Below the pieces are notes generated by a model, which was given only the letters and a program-made list of their open reading frames with translations, ran no database searches and was not told the origin of the DNA. The translations under genes were made by a program, and so were the position numbers. From a virus (lineage: Duplodnaviria > Caudoviricetes), in the IMG/VR virus record IMGVR_UViG_3300035661_000067, positions 1-61,997 of that record: a DNA stretch of 61,997 nt; one strand, given 5' to 3'. Of this stretch, positions 21,601 through 27,920 are shown one piece after another (positions within the stretch are counted from its first letter, which is position 1; each line of letters opens with the position of its first letter).

Positions 21601-24600
21601 GCCGCCTTCTGGCGCAACTGCCGGACCTCCGCTGGGTTTTTCTCGGTTTCCGCCATCGCCCGAAGTGTTTCCGCCATCGCCTTGCGGTGCAGAGGGGCCG
21701 CCTGTGGGCTTGTCGAAGAGCCCGCCTTGTCCTTTTGTGCCATCTTGGGCTCCTTTTGCCATTTTCAGCACATCGCGCGGGTTCGCGGTATGCCCGAACA
21801 TATCGGCCTCGGCCTGGGTCTTGCCCATTTCCTGAACGTAGAAGGCCAGCGCCGATCCGATGCGCTCGCGGCTGGCAGGCTTGGTCCATTTCACGACATC
21901 GTTGAAGAGCAGGGATAGGAAGTCCTTGGCCTCATCCGACACGGTGCCGCCCGCGGCGAACATATCGGTCTGGTTAACGAAATCCGTGATGGGCCGGCCA
22001 GCGCGCCGCGCCCGGTCCACAAGCTGCACGGCCTCCATCAGGGCCGGGGTCATATCGGCATGGGGCGAGATCACCCCTTCCGCTGCCTGCGCCCGCATCT
22101 TGGCCCACTCGCCCGCAACATCGGTCAGCGCGCCGCCGATGGCCTTGATGTTGGTGTCCGATGCCTCCATCAGCGTCTTGATGAGGTCCGGGCTTCCATA
22201 GGCTTTTGCCAGCAGGGCCGCTTGGATGCGGAGAAGGCCAGCCTGGCTGATCGAGCCATCCGAGCCGATCATCCCGATCGCATCGTTCTCGCCGATCACG
22301 TCCTTGATGATCTGCCGCACGAAGTCCCGGTTGCCCGCGGAATCGAGATCGCCGCCACGATAGAGGGCGAGGTGCGCGGCCTGGATCTGCCCGGCATCCG
22401 CCATCGCGGTTTCCGAGACGGTCATGCCAAGGTTCGTGCGCTCGTTGTATTCCTTGGTCGCCGCGATGCGGGTCGCCGTGTCCATTTCCGTTGTGCGGAG
22501 GCGGATCAGCACCGGGTTCTTCATCGACTTGTGGACCGGATAGCCCTTGGCCTTGAGCCATGCGCGATAGGCTTCGGCGCTCTTGCCGTTCTCGACATAG
22601 GCGCGGCGTAGGGCCATCATGCGCCCGTTGCCGCTTTCGACCACGCCATCCTTGGAAACGATCGGGGCGCCGGGGCCAGCTTCGGGGCCTTCGCCCATGA
22701 ACTCTGGGTTCAGGTTCGTTGCCATGCGCTGCACCTGGAGCATGGCAGAGGGGTGCGATCGGTCGCGCGGCTGTAGTTCGGACGGATAGGCTTTGTTGAC
22801 CCGGCCATCATCGTCGTTCGAGATCACCAGATCATCGAGCGACACCACGCCATAATCGACCTTGACCACGCGCCCCTGCGGCGTCGTCACCTTGTCGTGG
22901 CTGTGAAGGTTGAAGTGCTGGATGCCCGGCTTCTTGGCCGCATCGCCCTCGGTGTAGTTGCTGGAAATCGGCTTCTTCCATGCCGGGGTGTGCGGCAGCA
23001 GGGCGCGCAACTCCGCAACTTCCATGGTCTTGATACCGCCGACACGGGCCTCGCCCTTGCCATCGCTGAACCCGGCCTCATAGACCTTGAGTGCTTCGCT
23101 GGCGCTGTCGAACCCCATCAGGATCTTGTGTTCATCGAACTTGCCGGTCGCCAGATCGTTCTGATCGACAACGACAACCAGCTTCGATTCGGGGTTGGGG
23201 CCGACATAGACATCGACGTGGTCTTTGTCTTTGCCAACGGTGCCCTTGATGTAGCCATAGTCGGCAGCGAGCGTGACGCTCCATTCCTTGCCGTCCGGCG
23301 AGGTGCCCTTCCGGGTGCCGGCCTTCTCGGTTTCGATGCTGATGTCCAGCCCGTGAACCTTGATATGCTTCATCTGGTAGTTGCCCGCCTCGGCCTGTGC
23401 CGGGGTCGGGTTTGGGTTCGCGTGATTGTCGTCGGCGGCAGGCTTCTCGCCCATGCGCTCGCGCGCCTGGGGGTCGTTTGCCATGAAGAAGGCATAGCTG
23501 AACCCAAAAGGCGTGGTGGAGCGCGCCTCTTTGCCCAGAGGATCGGTGCCGCGCAGCTTGGACTGCATCTTGGACCCTTCAACCGGGTCCACATTGGCGG
23601 TCGGCAGATCCGTCTGGAACATGCCGTAAAGCTGGGTGCGCTTGGTGTAGGGGTCGCCGAAGTTGTGCGGGTGGAAGCGCACGGTCGGGGCAGGCATGCC
23701 CGCCTTTTCCTCGATGCGGCCGACAGGGTTTTCAAGGACATGGAAGCCGGTCGGGTTCGATTCCTCGATGATCCGGCGTGTCTCGTTCACCAGCATGATG
23801 TTGTATTCCAGAGGCGACTTCGCCCCGGATGCCAGCGCAGCCTCGCCGAAGACCTTCACCAGGGCCTCGGGGGTCTGGATGTCGTGCAGCGGCTCCCACC
23901 AGCGCGCGCCCGCGCCGGAGAAGGTGGTGCAGGGTGTGGCCGCCAGAACACCATAGACCTCGTAGCCTTCGGCCCGGCGCTCCGCAATTTGGTCGTTGAT
24001 CCACTGATCGAGCCCGATCTTCGAGCCGATCTTGATGTCGTGCTGGATCACCTGATACCCAGCGTCCCGCCACGGCTGCGACCACTGGCCGCTGTAGTCG
24101 AACAGGCTGATGATGATCTTGCCGGCGTTCTTGCCGGTCTTCCCGATGTCCTTGGCGACCTGCTTCCATGCCGCCAGTTTGGCGTCGGCCTCGGCCTGCG
24201 GGATATAGCCATCCTTGGCCGCCTTGGCCTCGATGCTGACCGTTCCCTTGCGTTCCGGGAACACGTCCTTGGGGTCCATGTGCGGCACATCGGCCTCGGC
24301 CATGGGCTCGCCTTTGGGCGCACCGTTCACCGTGTCGGTGTTGACGCCGTTCGACTCGAAGTTCTGGAGGAAGTCCATGGCATCGGCGACCGCAGAGCCA
24401 TCGCTGTCAAACTCGCCCGTGCCCTCGTCAAACTTGGGCTCCGGCAGATCCCCGGTCTTCGCCGCGCGGGCCTCTTCGATCAGGCGCTTGGCGATGTCTT
24501 CGGCTTCCCGGATCAGGGTCGCCTCTTGGTTCCACTCCTTGGTGGTCTTGTGCTGTCCCTGGGCATCGAAGTTGTCGATCGCGTGGCCCTTGGAGCGCAT

Positions 24601-27588
24601 CTGCGCCTCGGCGCGGCGCGTGGCGGCATCCAACTCGCCCACCAGGTGGCCGAGGGTGCTGTCATTGCGGTATTTGGCGAGCGTCTTGCGCTCTTGGTCC
24701 GTGAGGGCATGCTCCAGCCGGTAGGGCTTGTCGGCCTCGGCGGGTGGGACGGGCGCTTTCGGCGGGGCCTTCGGGCCGCCTTCGCCCACCGGGGGCGCGG
24801 CGGGAGGCGGCGGCGTGTTGGTCTGGGGCTTCTTCGGGGCTTCCGCAGCGGGGGGCGGGGTTTCGGGCTCCAGATAGGGCTCGACCTGCTTGAGAAGGTT
24901 CGCGGCGGCTTTGCGAACCCGGTCGCCAGCGATGGAATCGGCGGGATGGATGGTCAGGTTGCGACGAAGGCCCTCGGCGGCCGACTTGACCGCCTCTTCC
25001 GGGGTGGAGAAATACTGCCGGTGCGCGCTTCCGCCAGAGCCTCCGCTGTGGCCGGGCAGATCCCAATTCAGGTTTGAGGTCCAGCCCTTGCCTTCATGGT
25101 GGATGGGCGTGAGGGTGACGTGCGCCTTGCCTGCCTTGTCTGCAGTAAACTTGATCGGGGCCACGTTCTCCGGCGTCGGCGCGGCGATGGTCGCCGGGTC
25201 GGGGCGCTTGGCGCTCTGCTGATCTGGGGGCAGCTTGTCATGGGCATCCATCACCAGCTTTGCCAGAGCCTCGGGCGGCATGGTGGTCAACTGCTCATGC
25301 GTGACCGAGATATGGGTTTTCCCGCGGCCCGCCGTGGCAATGATCGCGCCGATTTGGTCCGTGGAATCGCGCCCGCCCGAAACCTGCCAGTCCTCGGGGA
25401 GGTGCTTCGCCAGGTTGCGAATCCCAACGGCATGGGGCTTGGTGTCGTCGGGCTTGATGTAGTGGTCGGCGCCAAAACCGGGCTTTACTGCCGGTGCTGC
25501 AGGCTCGCCTCCGGGACCGGCGTCAGGAGCAGGCTGGCCTGCAGGATTGCCCTGGTCACTCTGCGGCGCGGCAGGTCCGCCAGTGTCGGGTTGACCCGTG
25601 CTGCCTTGATCCACCGAAGCACCGCCTTGCGGCGCTTGCGGCTTAGGTGCCCCATCGCCTCCAACAGGAGCAGGGCCTGCTTCATTTCCCGGATCTTGTG
25701 TTTCATCAGGAGCCTTCGCGGGTTTCGGGGGGGACTCGGTCTGAGGCTTGACGTTGGTGAAGTCCGGCTTTGGCCGAGAGGTCGAGCCAGAGCCCGGCTT
25801 CGGGGGCAGGGGTTGGACCATGAAGCCGCCATCGACAGCGATGATCTGGAAGGCATCGCCAGTCAGGCCATTGGCCTTAGCGCCCTTAGCCGCCTGCTTG
25901 GCAGTCTCGAAGGGTATGCCGCCCTTCTTGCCGAACGGGGGCGGGGGCTCGGGGGCCTTGGTTTCGCCCGGGGCGGAGCCCGGAACGTGGAATGTCATGG
26001 TCTGCATGTCGGCATGCGAGATGATGCTGTCCTTGCCATCATCGAACCGGAATTGCGGGCCGTGGGGCGTGTTCTTCACGAACTGGACGTTGACGTTCGT
26101 GCCATCAGGCATACGCGCGGTGAATCGCTCGCCGGTCTTGGCGTCATCCCCCGTTTCGGGGTGCTTGAAGTTCATGTCGGGCGCAGCACCAGCCGCGCCG
26201 CCCATGGGGCCAGATCCAGCGCCGGGGCCTGCGGACGGGCCTGCGGACGGGCCTGCGCCAGGCGCAGCGCCGGGGCCGCCAGAAGGTTGCGCGCCGGGGG
26301 TAGAGGGGCTACCACCCGGCAGCGCGCCCCCAGGTGCAGCGGGGGGAGGTGCCGTGCCGGGGGGAGGGGTTTGGGGTTGCGCTTCGCCCTTGCGGGTCAG
26401 GGCGCTCACGCCAGCACCAAGGCCGGAAATGCCAACCGTGGCAAGCATGGTCTGGACGATGGTATCCCGGATTGCCGCAGGCTGTTCCGCGAGGAAGTCC
26501 TTCATGGGCTTGTCGGGGTTCAGCGAAGCATAGGCATTCATGTTCTGGAACAGGGTCGTGGCGACCTCTGTCGGCACTTCCGTCATAAGCTGGTGCATCA
26601 GGATCTTGCCAAAGCCAGACCCTTCCACGATGTCGCCAAGCAGCTTGTGGACCGGGATTTTCTCGAACAGGCCCTCAGCCAGTGCATCTACGCCGCCATA
26701 GAGCAGCGATGCCGCATCAGACTTGCCCGCCTTCTCGGCCTCGCCGACAGATTGGCCGCCTTGTTGGATCATCCCGGGGGCAAGAAAGGTCGCAGCGACG
26801 GCCGGCGTGGCCGCGCCGCCAGACAGGATCGAGGCAAGGATGCCGGGTGCCATGGTCCCGATCGACTGCGCCGCACCCTGAACTTGCTCGCCGATCCATG
26901 TGTCGGGCTTGCCAGCGACCCACTCCTTGGTCCTGCCGGCACCTGCGGCCTGCTTCTGCAGCCATGTCTTGGCGTCGTCCAGCCCTGCAAGGCCGGCCAT
27001 CGCACCCATGATATTCCACGAGGCTTCGCTGAACGCAGGGGCTGCCGATGCGATGCCGCGCGGGACCGTCCCCAACGCATCCATCGCATCGCCCACAAAG
27101 CCCTTCGGGGGCGGGGGCGGGCGACCGCCTGGGTTCAGTTCATCGGCCAGTTGGTAAGCGCGCGACATGATCTGCGAGGTCAGCGATGGATCTGCGTTCG
27201 GGCCGAGAACCTTGGCAATGGCCTCTTCGGGTTTCATCCCGCCCTTGAGAAGCGGAGAAAGGACCGATGCAGCATGCGTAGCTGCCTGCAGGGCTTCATC
27301 CTTGTTCGATGCCCCGCCGACCTCGCCGATGGACATCAGGAGGTTGATCGGAACGCCGCTCTGGCTGCTGAGTGCGCCCATAGCGTTCAGGTGGGGGTCG
27401 TTCTGGGGCATGCCTGTCGCTGCAGCACCGCCCAGCGATGAAGGGCCGGTCGGCTGCGGCTGTTGCGCGCTCGGAGTGGTCTGGGGGGCTTGGGGGGGGG
27501 CAACACCGTTGCGGGCGTCGATCTTGGCCTGCTCTTCGGCAAGCGCCGCATCCACCGGATTGCGGCTCGTGTAATCAGTCCCAGCCAC
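9685..27588 (-). CDS. Giant DarB-like polyvalent virion protein (5967 aa)
   Basis: Motifs N to C: hydrophobic helices; C5-MTase (SLFDYSG, TPC, ENP; ~24120-23480); InPase (PTPAQAEAGNY, DYGYI..T.GKDKDHVDV); ddrB-ParB (YP.ELQPRDR, GAPIV...ESGNGR); LPD5 (IDDFGGKIEGARK); LPD1 zincin (AHEWVHALD); N6-MTase (QAYSTP, EPTVGNG, NPPF); strawberry-notch SF2 helicase (DQTGVGKGR, DEAH, QMLGRIHRTGQ); HELLH peptidase; PLxRFG. Confidence 0.9.
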   Translation of the reverse strand: MAGTDYTSRNPVDAALAEEQAKIDARNGVAPPQAPQTTPSAQQPQPTGPSSLGGAAATGMPQNDPHLNAMGALSSQSGVPINLLMSIGEVGGASNKDEALQAATHAASVLSPLLKGGMKPEEAIAKVLGPNADPSLTSQIMSRAYQLADELNPGGRPPPPPKGFVGDAMDALGTVPRGIASAAPAFSEASWNIMGAMAGLAGLDDAKTWLQKQAAGAGRTKEWVAGKPDTWIGEQVQGAAQSIGTMAPGILASILSGGAATPAVAATFLAPGMIQQGGQSVGEAEKAGKSDAASLLYGGVDALAEGLFEKIPVHKLLGDIVEGSGFGKILMHQLMTEVPTEVATTLFQNMNAYASLNPDKPMKDFLAEQPAAIRDTIVQTMLATVGISGLGAGVSALTRKGEAQPQTPPPGTAPPPAAPGGALPGGSPSTPGAQPSGGPGAAPGAGPSAGPSAGPGAGSGPMGGAAGAAPDMNFKHPETGDDAKTGERFTARMPDGTNVNVQFVKNTPHGPQFRFDDGKDSIISHADMQTMTFHVPGSAPGETKAPEPPPPFGKKGGIPFETAKQAAKGAKANGLTGDAFQIIAVDGGFMVQPLPPKPGSGSTSRPKPDFTNVKPQTESPPKPAKAPDETQDPGNEAGPAPVGGDGAPKPQAPQGGASVDQGSTGQPDTGGPAAPQSDQGNPAGQPAPDAGPGGEPAAPAVKPGFGADHYIKPDDTKPHAVGIRNLAKHLPEDWQVSGGRDSTDQIGAIIATAGRGKTHISVTHEQLTTMPPEALAKLVMDAHDKLPPDQQSAKRPDPATIAAPTPENVAPIKFTADKAGKAHVTLTPIHHEGKGWTSNLNWDLPGHSGGSGGSAHRQYFSTPEEAVKSAAEGLRRNLTIHPADSIAGDRVRKAAANLLKQVEPYLEPETPPPAAEAPKKPQTNTPPPPAAPPVGEGGPKAPPKAPVPPAEADKPYRLEHALTDQERKTLAKYRNDSTLGHLVGELDAATRRAEAQMRSKGHAIDNFDAQGQHKTTKEWNQEATLIREAEDIAKRLIEEARAAKTGDLPEPKFDEGTGEFDSDGSAVADAMDFLQNFESNGVNTDTVNGAPKGEPMAEADVPHMDPKDVFPERKGTVSIEAKAAKDGYIPQAEADAKLAAWKQVAKDIGKTGKNAGKIIISLFDYSGQWSQPWRDAGYQVIQHDIKIGSKIGLDQWINDQIAERRAEGYEVYGVLAATPCTTFSGAGARWWEPLHDIQTPEALVKVFGEAALASGAKSPLEYNIMLVNETRRIIEESNPTGFHVLENPVGRIEEKAGMPAPTVRFHPHNFGDPYTKRTQLYGMFQTDLPTANVDPVEGSKMQSKLRGTDPLGKEARSTTPFGFSYAFFMANDPQARERMGEKPAADDNHANPNPTPAQAEAGNYQMKHIKVHGLDISIETEKAGTRKGTSPDGKEWSVTLAADYGYIKGTVGKDKDHVDVYVGPNPESKLVVVVDQNDLATGKFDEHKILMGFDSASEALKVYEAGFSDGKGEARVGGIKTMEVAELRALLPHTPAWKKPISSNYTEGDAAKKPGIQHFNLHSHDKVTTPQGRVVKVDYGVVSLDDLVISNDDDGRVNKAYPSELQPRDRSHPSAMLQVQRMATNLNPEFMGEGPEAGPGAPIVSKDGVVESGNGRMMALRRAYVENGKSAEAYRAWLKAKGYPVHKSMKNPVLIRLRTTEMDTATRIAATKEYNERTNLGMTVSETAMADAGQIQAAHLALYRGGDLDSAGNRDFVRQIIKDVIGENDAIGMIGSDGSISQAGLLRIQAALLAKAYGSPDLIKTLMEASDTNIKAIGGALTDVAGEWAKMRAQAAEGVISPHADMTPALMEAVQLVDRARRAGRPITDFVNQTDMFAAGGTVSDEAKDFLSLLFNDVVKWTKPASRERIGSALAFYVQEMGKTQAEADMFGHTANPRDVLKMAKGAQDGTKGQGGLFDKPTGGPSAPQGDGGNTSGDGGNREKPSGGPAVAPEGGEPEKPPVIIDPPAVDAPQDANPKPEEPPEKIDDFGGKIEGARKHLFGQFVRAIGADLDIATNPLGKTFPPIDAAALAQGGAIHDTIAVILSIRRQIPLKPQGRTNKYKLARWVNHVSAARKLAKDLLDGTRQVWDGPDLDADIRNHIKDYEDNTGSGLLSFGLVRDGATPQEQELLATYQLNRVIQYKMDPITKSYVLVPSDDGKTKVRAREPDTYFLANGPHYSNGRGLYIDTMAEVQARALAEVRKIIDQQALDEAMKPEGEGGDTTVPKEREIRLSVKSETFERDAKGISTTKTYGIWSSNDENSPIIVGGFETYQAARDYITANEEELRNKVRALRVGPREHRLENRERSGMKRREGNVSTADFEKAFGLRVEFGASRNNDQRQLDLNRAYDAFMDLAGMLGIPSQAIAVLPVDGKTLGIGFASRGRGGRGAAAAHYEQLEVVINLTAGNGSGSLAHEWVHALDNYLAREAASKGGVSAAAKPKDKQRTDFASDRGETNNKGLGDGLAKALQHFALTLKQGPWHQRNIAFDTYRKVAYWGTTIEETARAFEAIFTLALQTYGMSNDYLVNIDTASGAYPAAKELQKSGTIAAAREVMREVGKLLNPDGKAAPDMPKRTETLTGMKIGDTWASPKGERKIVSIEDRGAMLPMMVGVSTAGGKPEVMEDDIADGKRETDAYLMSPQAALDQAKFEADTKRVMEEARAAEDKKAALKADYDAFTAIYGPMSYEFDGALLYGIRVDGKMQTPQEFIHDKLDEGWRLLPDGNNKAIVTFKGPKGNSYNTRTAAFPKKVTYPYIKWKIAQMEAEQALLEAVAPKPADANPTVPKMVQTLIDTFSKRLVDGDGFHNILVARKVAAEALDRPLADEEYKLVEEALEAAVVITARHIISQGKSPAETYTALVDLYARQPLLAQRTSTSLRNQAYSTPAPLAYLASQLAGITEDTTVYEPTVGNGMLLIGADPAKTTANELDPARAARASYALGSFMTKISVGDAMEHQGPASVDVVIANPPFGKVMDDAGNETRFNAPGLAGGGQTTEIDHAIALRALQSMKKDGRAVLIVGGQSPTLTGSDRAQAYSQARQRRFWNTIYDQYNVVGHFTVAGSLYARQGAQWPVDVIVIEGRGESKLVLPMSEAPPIITSWTDLEGGLNGPRSLDTRRQLGGSGNSAGQPDNADDPGAAQGGAGKPNRPAGGEGRPAGGDQSAPGFGDSAGQGGGTAGPGGNPVAQPGQAPGNVGQPDGSGSDQAGGSGSTSRSAGTGGRPAGGDAGQLPPGSGALSDQDAQDLLNDIFSDLGIEPEAGGAGAPPNEPPPPDALAAPDDNPFTSKDDAGAKKAAKALGGNQDLLDQDPKDLAAKANRYERFKLIEAQRGALAALRAALPKGVEAGVFVQPGSVRLGVYPAGIPWAMFASVDASSYHANSNATLLEEAGAWVAEQEEKANKPKDKKPPKDKLKDKPNEPPKDPAQKPLIRDAAGNIITETGAGFLDGLAGLVNMLNNPSRLNSGLGFDEEDYQRAKPQFLAMLKHFGNAASSIKDLMRALVQALKDIGLSNEGLQRLMGQLTRLAQELASGAAKIVWDTSERVNNEQETDFQVQYTPRSGAAYAVGTLIPVNMQYAMNRALDRIEQKYGKIDTFVAKELGYSEAELTGNGAPDGKGRFSAEQIDALAMAIDNVKDGKGFIIGDQTGVGKGRVVAGMIRYARKNGITPIFVTKTPGLYLDMIRDLTDIGEGDSIPEILATNTDLTGKNILRVDPDDPNSPKVESLGKPALAKAMQNMRDGLGLPQGKTVLFTTYSQLQEGGDGTTLRQEAVMGLAENSMFIMDEAHEAGGDGETTNKETGITKKSRGRILREMLATSKHGTLYSSATFAKNPDVLSLYFKTDMSLVPGDLAGLLSEGGVPLQQISANLLVEAGQYIRRERSYAGVKIDSRTLKTNSAETHAALGAVRAVFMADEEHMQDVRTAYIKNLQKGGHGAVGQGGAVGSQSATSKTFSSMIHNIVGQVLLAAKSDAAIQDAIEAWKNGEKPIIALANTNDSIISEYAEDLGLSAGDAINITFNDIILRYLQRLRRIGFKDKVTEVVTYHYITDAEVVAHGGQAALRALKDAERTIRAAATGSMSASPIDKLKAGLEAAGMKVGEITGRGSMIHDGKLKNMPNSQALKAKAMAGYNSGALDALIINSSGSTGFSLHATATPRNDGKPRYMRVLQPDANIDVFMQMLGRIHRTGQIHLPRYSIGASDLAIEQRVVAQLMRKMASLNANTTAAKDSAVTMKNVKDFLNRYGDIVVNQWLAENVDQGLELGFAHGKKPEPGLASRLTGRLAVVADAVARKIYEDFDIAYTAIIAEMDRLGTNTLEAKTLNLEAETLSKTILSPSVGTSPFQREAVSEIVKANVLAKPYTEAELKDRIAKILDGKKPEMWALEQMTDIRAGFPAATATANASLAMWQGRLAVAKTDAQKRDANAGIKKAEDRLAEAHSILKDQERLALTWKPGASAFLIRDEGNGKTTRIPAISLGIDMSRAEGNAFQQSKMTLRLAVADSMREFEVPVSRLIAGKTEDVAYQPEPSTVSPHAIIAAFANQSSVSREDRTILTGNLVAGFKAFEKGQIMRFTRMDGTVSDGILMPKSFDTEAALRDMPVQFSTIPQVISFLNLDGKDGKPVQTMVVTSDSVITITHSMSSWGARNNRYSVILNTQGGRPYATNKQITSLVGDFNSRSGRPTYEAKIIYPDKFEEFLRLIQSIGGVNFESRAHKDEARTITGAVPPGTKARKGEGGAHHFSERGIDFKENDPLIEAEIPGELPMTKAEEVNLRARLLAELKRVGAAALRLNVAPHWITEAGDEIYGMFYGAERKIWTSWGQKHGALAVLRHELLHWARDQTIWNGAQYGAFTAEEWRALVSAARMDVATMAWVKKAYDGLPYAWQVEEVIADRYMAFTGRKDSPGGPLSRAYHKFTNIIHGIINVLRGRGYINEAMIFEKLFDGSLAERAVKGEKQVFGYGFLSEESVASAMRMRRPITQEYERTMLSKLLTQAMSLGSSTLLSAVPGRALFTELGRKMPSAENYQKLKDKMDKLRSEWWTRTDEVARRWRYIMSQNKNANVKLMDLMHEATIAGQDPSQPYEPKASPEDYARVQNQTGTPGQMAAATERVQADRAAKARYDALVPKYRALPGAFKHMFNKVRDEYVAMSQAYERAIIANIAKAMNISLRSAERAHADEMRRIQDDGLIGGERAQAMDRANARLDKARRNHGDGARARAFALRKMFESNRVEKPYFPLTRFGKFFVTTRNAQGKVTAFNMFESVWARDKFANATAAETGIKPQTGVIGESEIRGMVDPTFVSDIEQILAGVDTPKVVMDAIWQRWLETLPELSIRRNRLHRNATAGFSSDAFRAFGKAAFHGSHQLAKLSYALDLQDALVEAEREAKNSSEPTRNGLIVQEMMRRHQGTMAPKGSALSQLATSAVFLYFMAFSPGTAIVNISQTTIVGIPILGSMPGANMRQASAQIARASLDFTRGKGHAVNSSRLTDDEKTAMEFAYASGLIDKSRAHDLAGIEAHGTEFRDWRSKIMAAASLMLHHTERMNREITFLAAYRMARINAAPAVGANGGPTVRGNHDAAVNAAMSATWKTHFDYQNDARPRLTQGNVARVVTAMKNFQINMLWRLARDLHQMTRGESPEARKEARRTFFGISASLMLHAGISGVWMFGAACMIWGLLTGAPQSEVKDHFKSDVVSVFGEKMGAAVFYGIPQAVTGLSLSSRIGMPDLWFRDDSRPAEGEALYQQWLAQSVGAAPTLVENMLMGAQDISNGDYERGIEKMLPVAARNVMKAARYAMEGATTKNGDPLVDTVTTPQVIVQALGFTPAEIAEQNELNSLAYNKQQEIQDEKSAIVKELATAVLSHAAITPEIRAKVDAFNAAHPSYPITSEGIVASAKLRAKHHANNQGGAELIPGLDAEIRAGLSPQIMD
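17754..18137 (-). CDS. Nested +1-frame gene inside the giant gene (127 aa, helical)
   Basis: AAGGAGG-5nt-ATG; GC3-rich codons in this frame; protein-like amphipathic sequence. Confidence 0.75.
   Translation of the reverse strand: MDLVAWTPAGSLAGVGTVLVNPTTPMTPARHRAALESRIDRLVEKADPQEAISRLRDLGIPLVKEAELQGLGETLWHSLDRLREMSGNRTVPAAIKPEALAAQADPQERVDALQAETLDSFLLALGP
21579..21743 (-). CDS. Nested +1-frame gene inside the giant gene (54 aa)
   Basis: AAAAGGAG-6nt-ATG; MAQKDKAGSSTSPQAAPLHRKAMAETLRAMAETEKNPAEVRQLRQKAASLKNRP; absent from the ORF track, translated by hand. Confidence 0.65.
   Translation of the reverse strand: MAQKDKAGSSTSPQAAPLHRKAMAETLRAMAETEKNPAEVRQLRQKAASLKNRP
25485..25706 (-). CDS. Nested +1-frame gene inside the giant gene (73 aa, basic)
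   Basis: MKHKIREMKQALLLLEAMGHLSRKRRKAVLRWIK...; codons AAG/ATC/CTG/GAG/GCG typical of real genes here; weak GAAGG SD. Confidence 0.6.
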   Translation of the reverse strand: MKHKIREMKQALLLLEAMGHLSRKRRKAVLRWIKAARVNPTLADLPRRRVTRAILQASLLLTPVPEASLQHRQ

Positions 27589-27676
27589 TGGCGATACCCC
27601 TTTTGGGTCGAATGTGGTTGCCCCGATTTAGGGGCATGCTCGGGGAAAGCTACACGATGTAGATGAGCCTGGGAAG

Positions 27677-27919
27677 ATGTTGTATGTTGGAGATCCACAA
27701 AGGAGGCACCTAGCCATTCCGGAAGTCAAATCCTCGATGTTTTCTGCTCTCGATCACGATCCGAAGACGGGAACGCTCACCGCCACGATGAAAAATGGGG
27801 CGCAATACCACTATGACGGGGTGGATACGAAGACGTTTGCGGACCTGATGGCCGCGCCGTCGCTCGGCCAGCACTTCGCCCGGTATATCAAGCCGCACTA
27901 CACTGCCCGGAAGGGGTGA
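27677..27919 (+). CDS. KTSC domain protein
   Basis: VKSSMFSALDHDPKTGTLTATMKNGAQYHYDGV...LMAAPSLGQHF..YIK..Y. Confidence 0.9.
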   Translation: MLYVGDPQRRHLAIPEVKSSMFSALDHDPKTGTLTATMKNGAQYHYDGVDTKTFADLMAAPSLGQHFARYIKPHYTARKG

Positions 27920-27920
27920 T

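Noticed and set aside
26170-26400. Possible fourth nested +1-frame ORF in a Gly/Pro linker of the giant gene
   Set aside because: The frame is open but has no ATG or SD after the upstream TGA, and the product is Pro/Arg-rich
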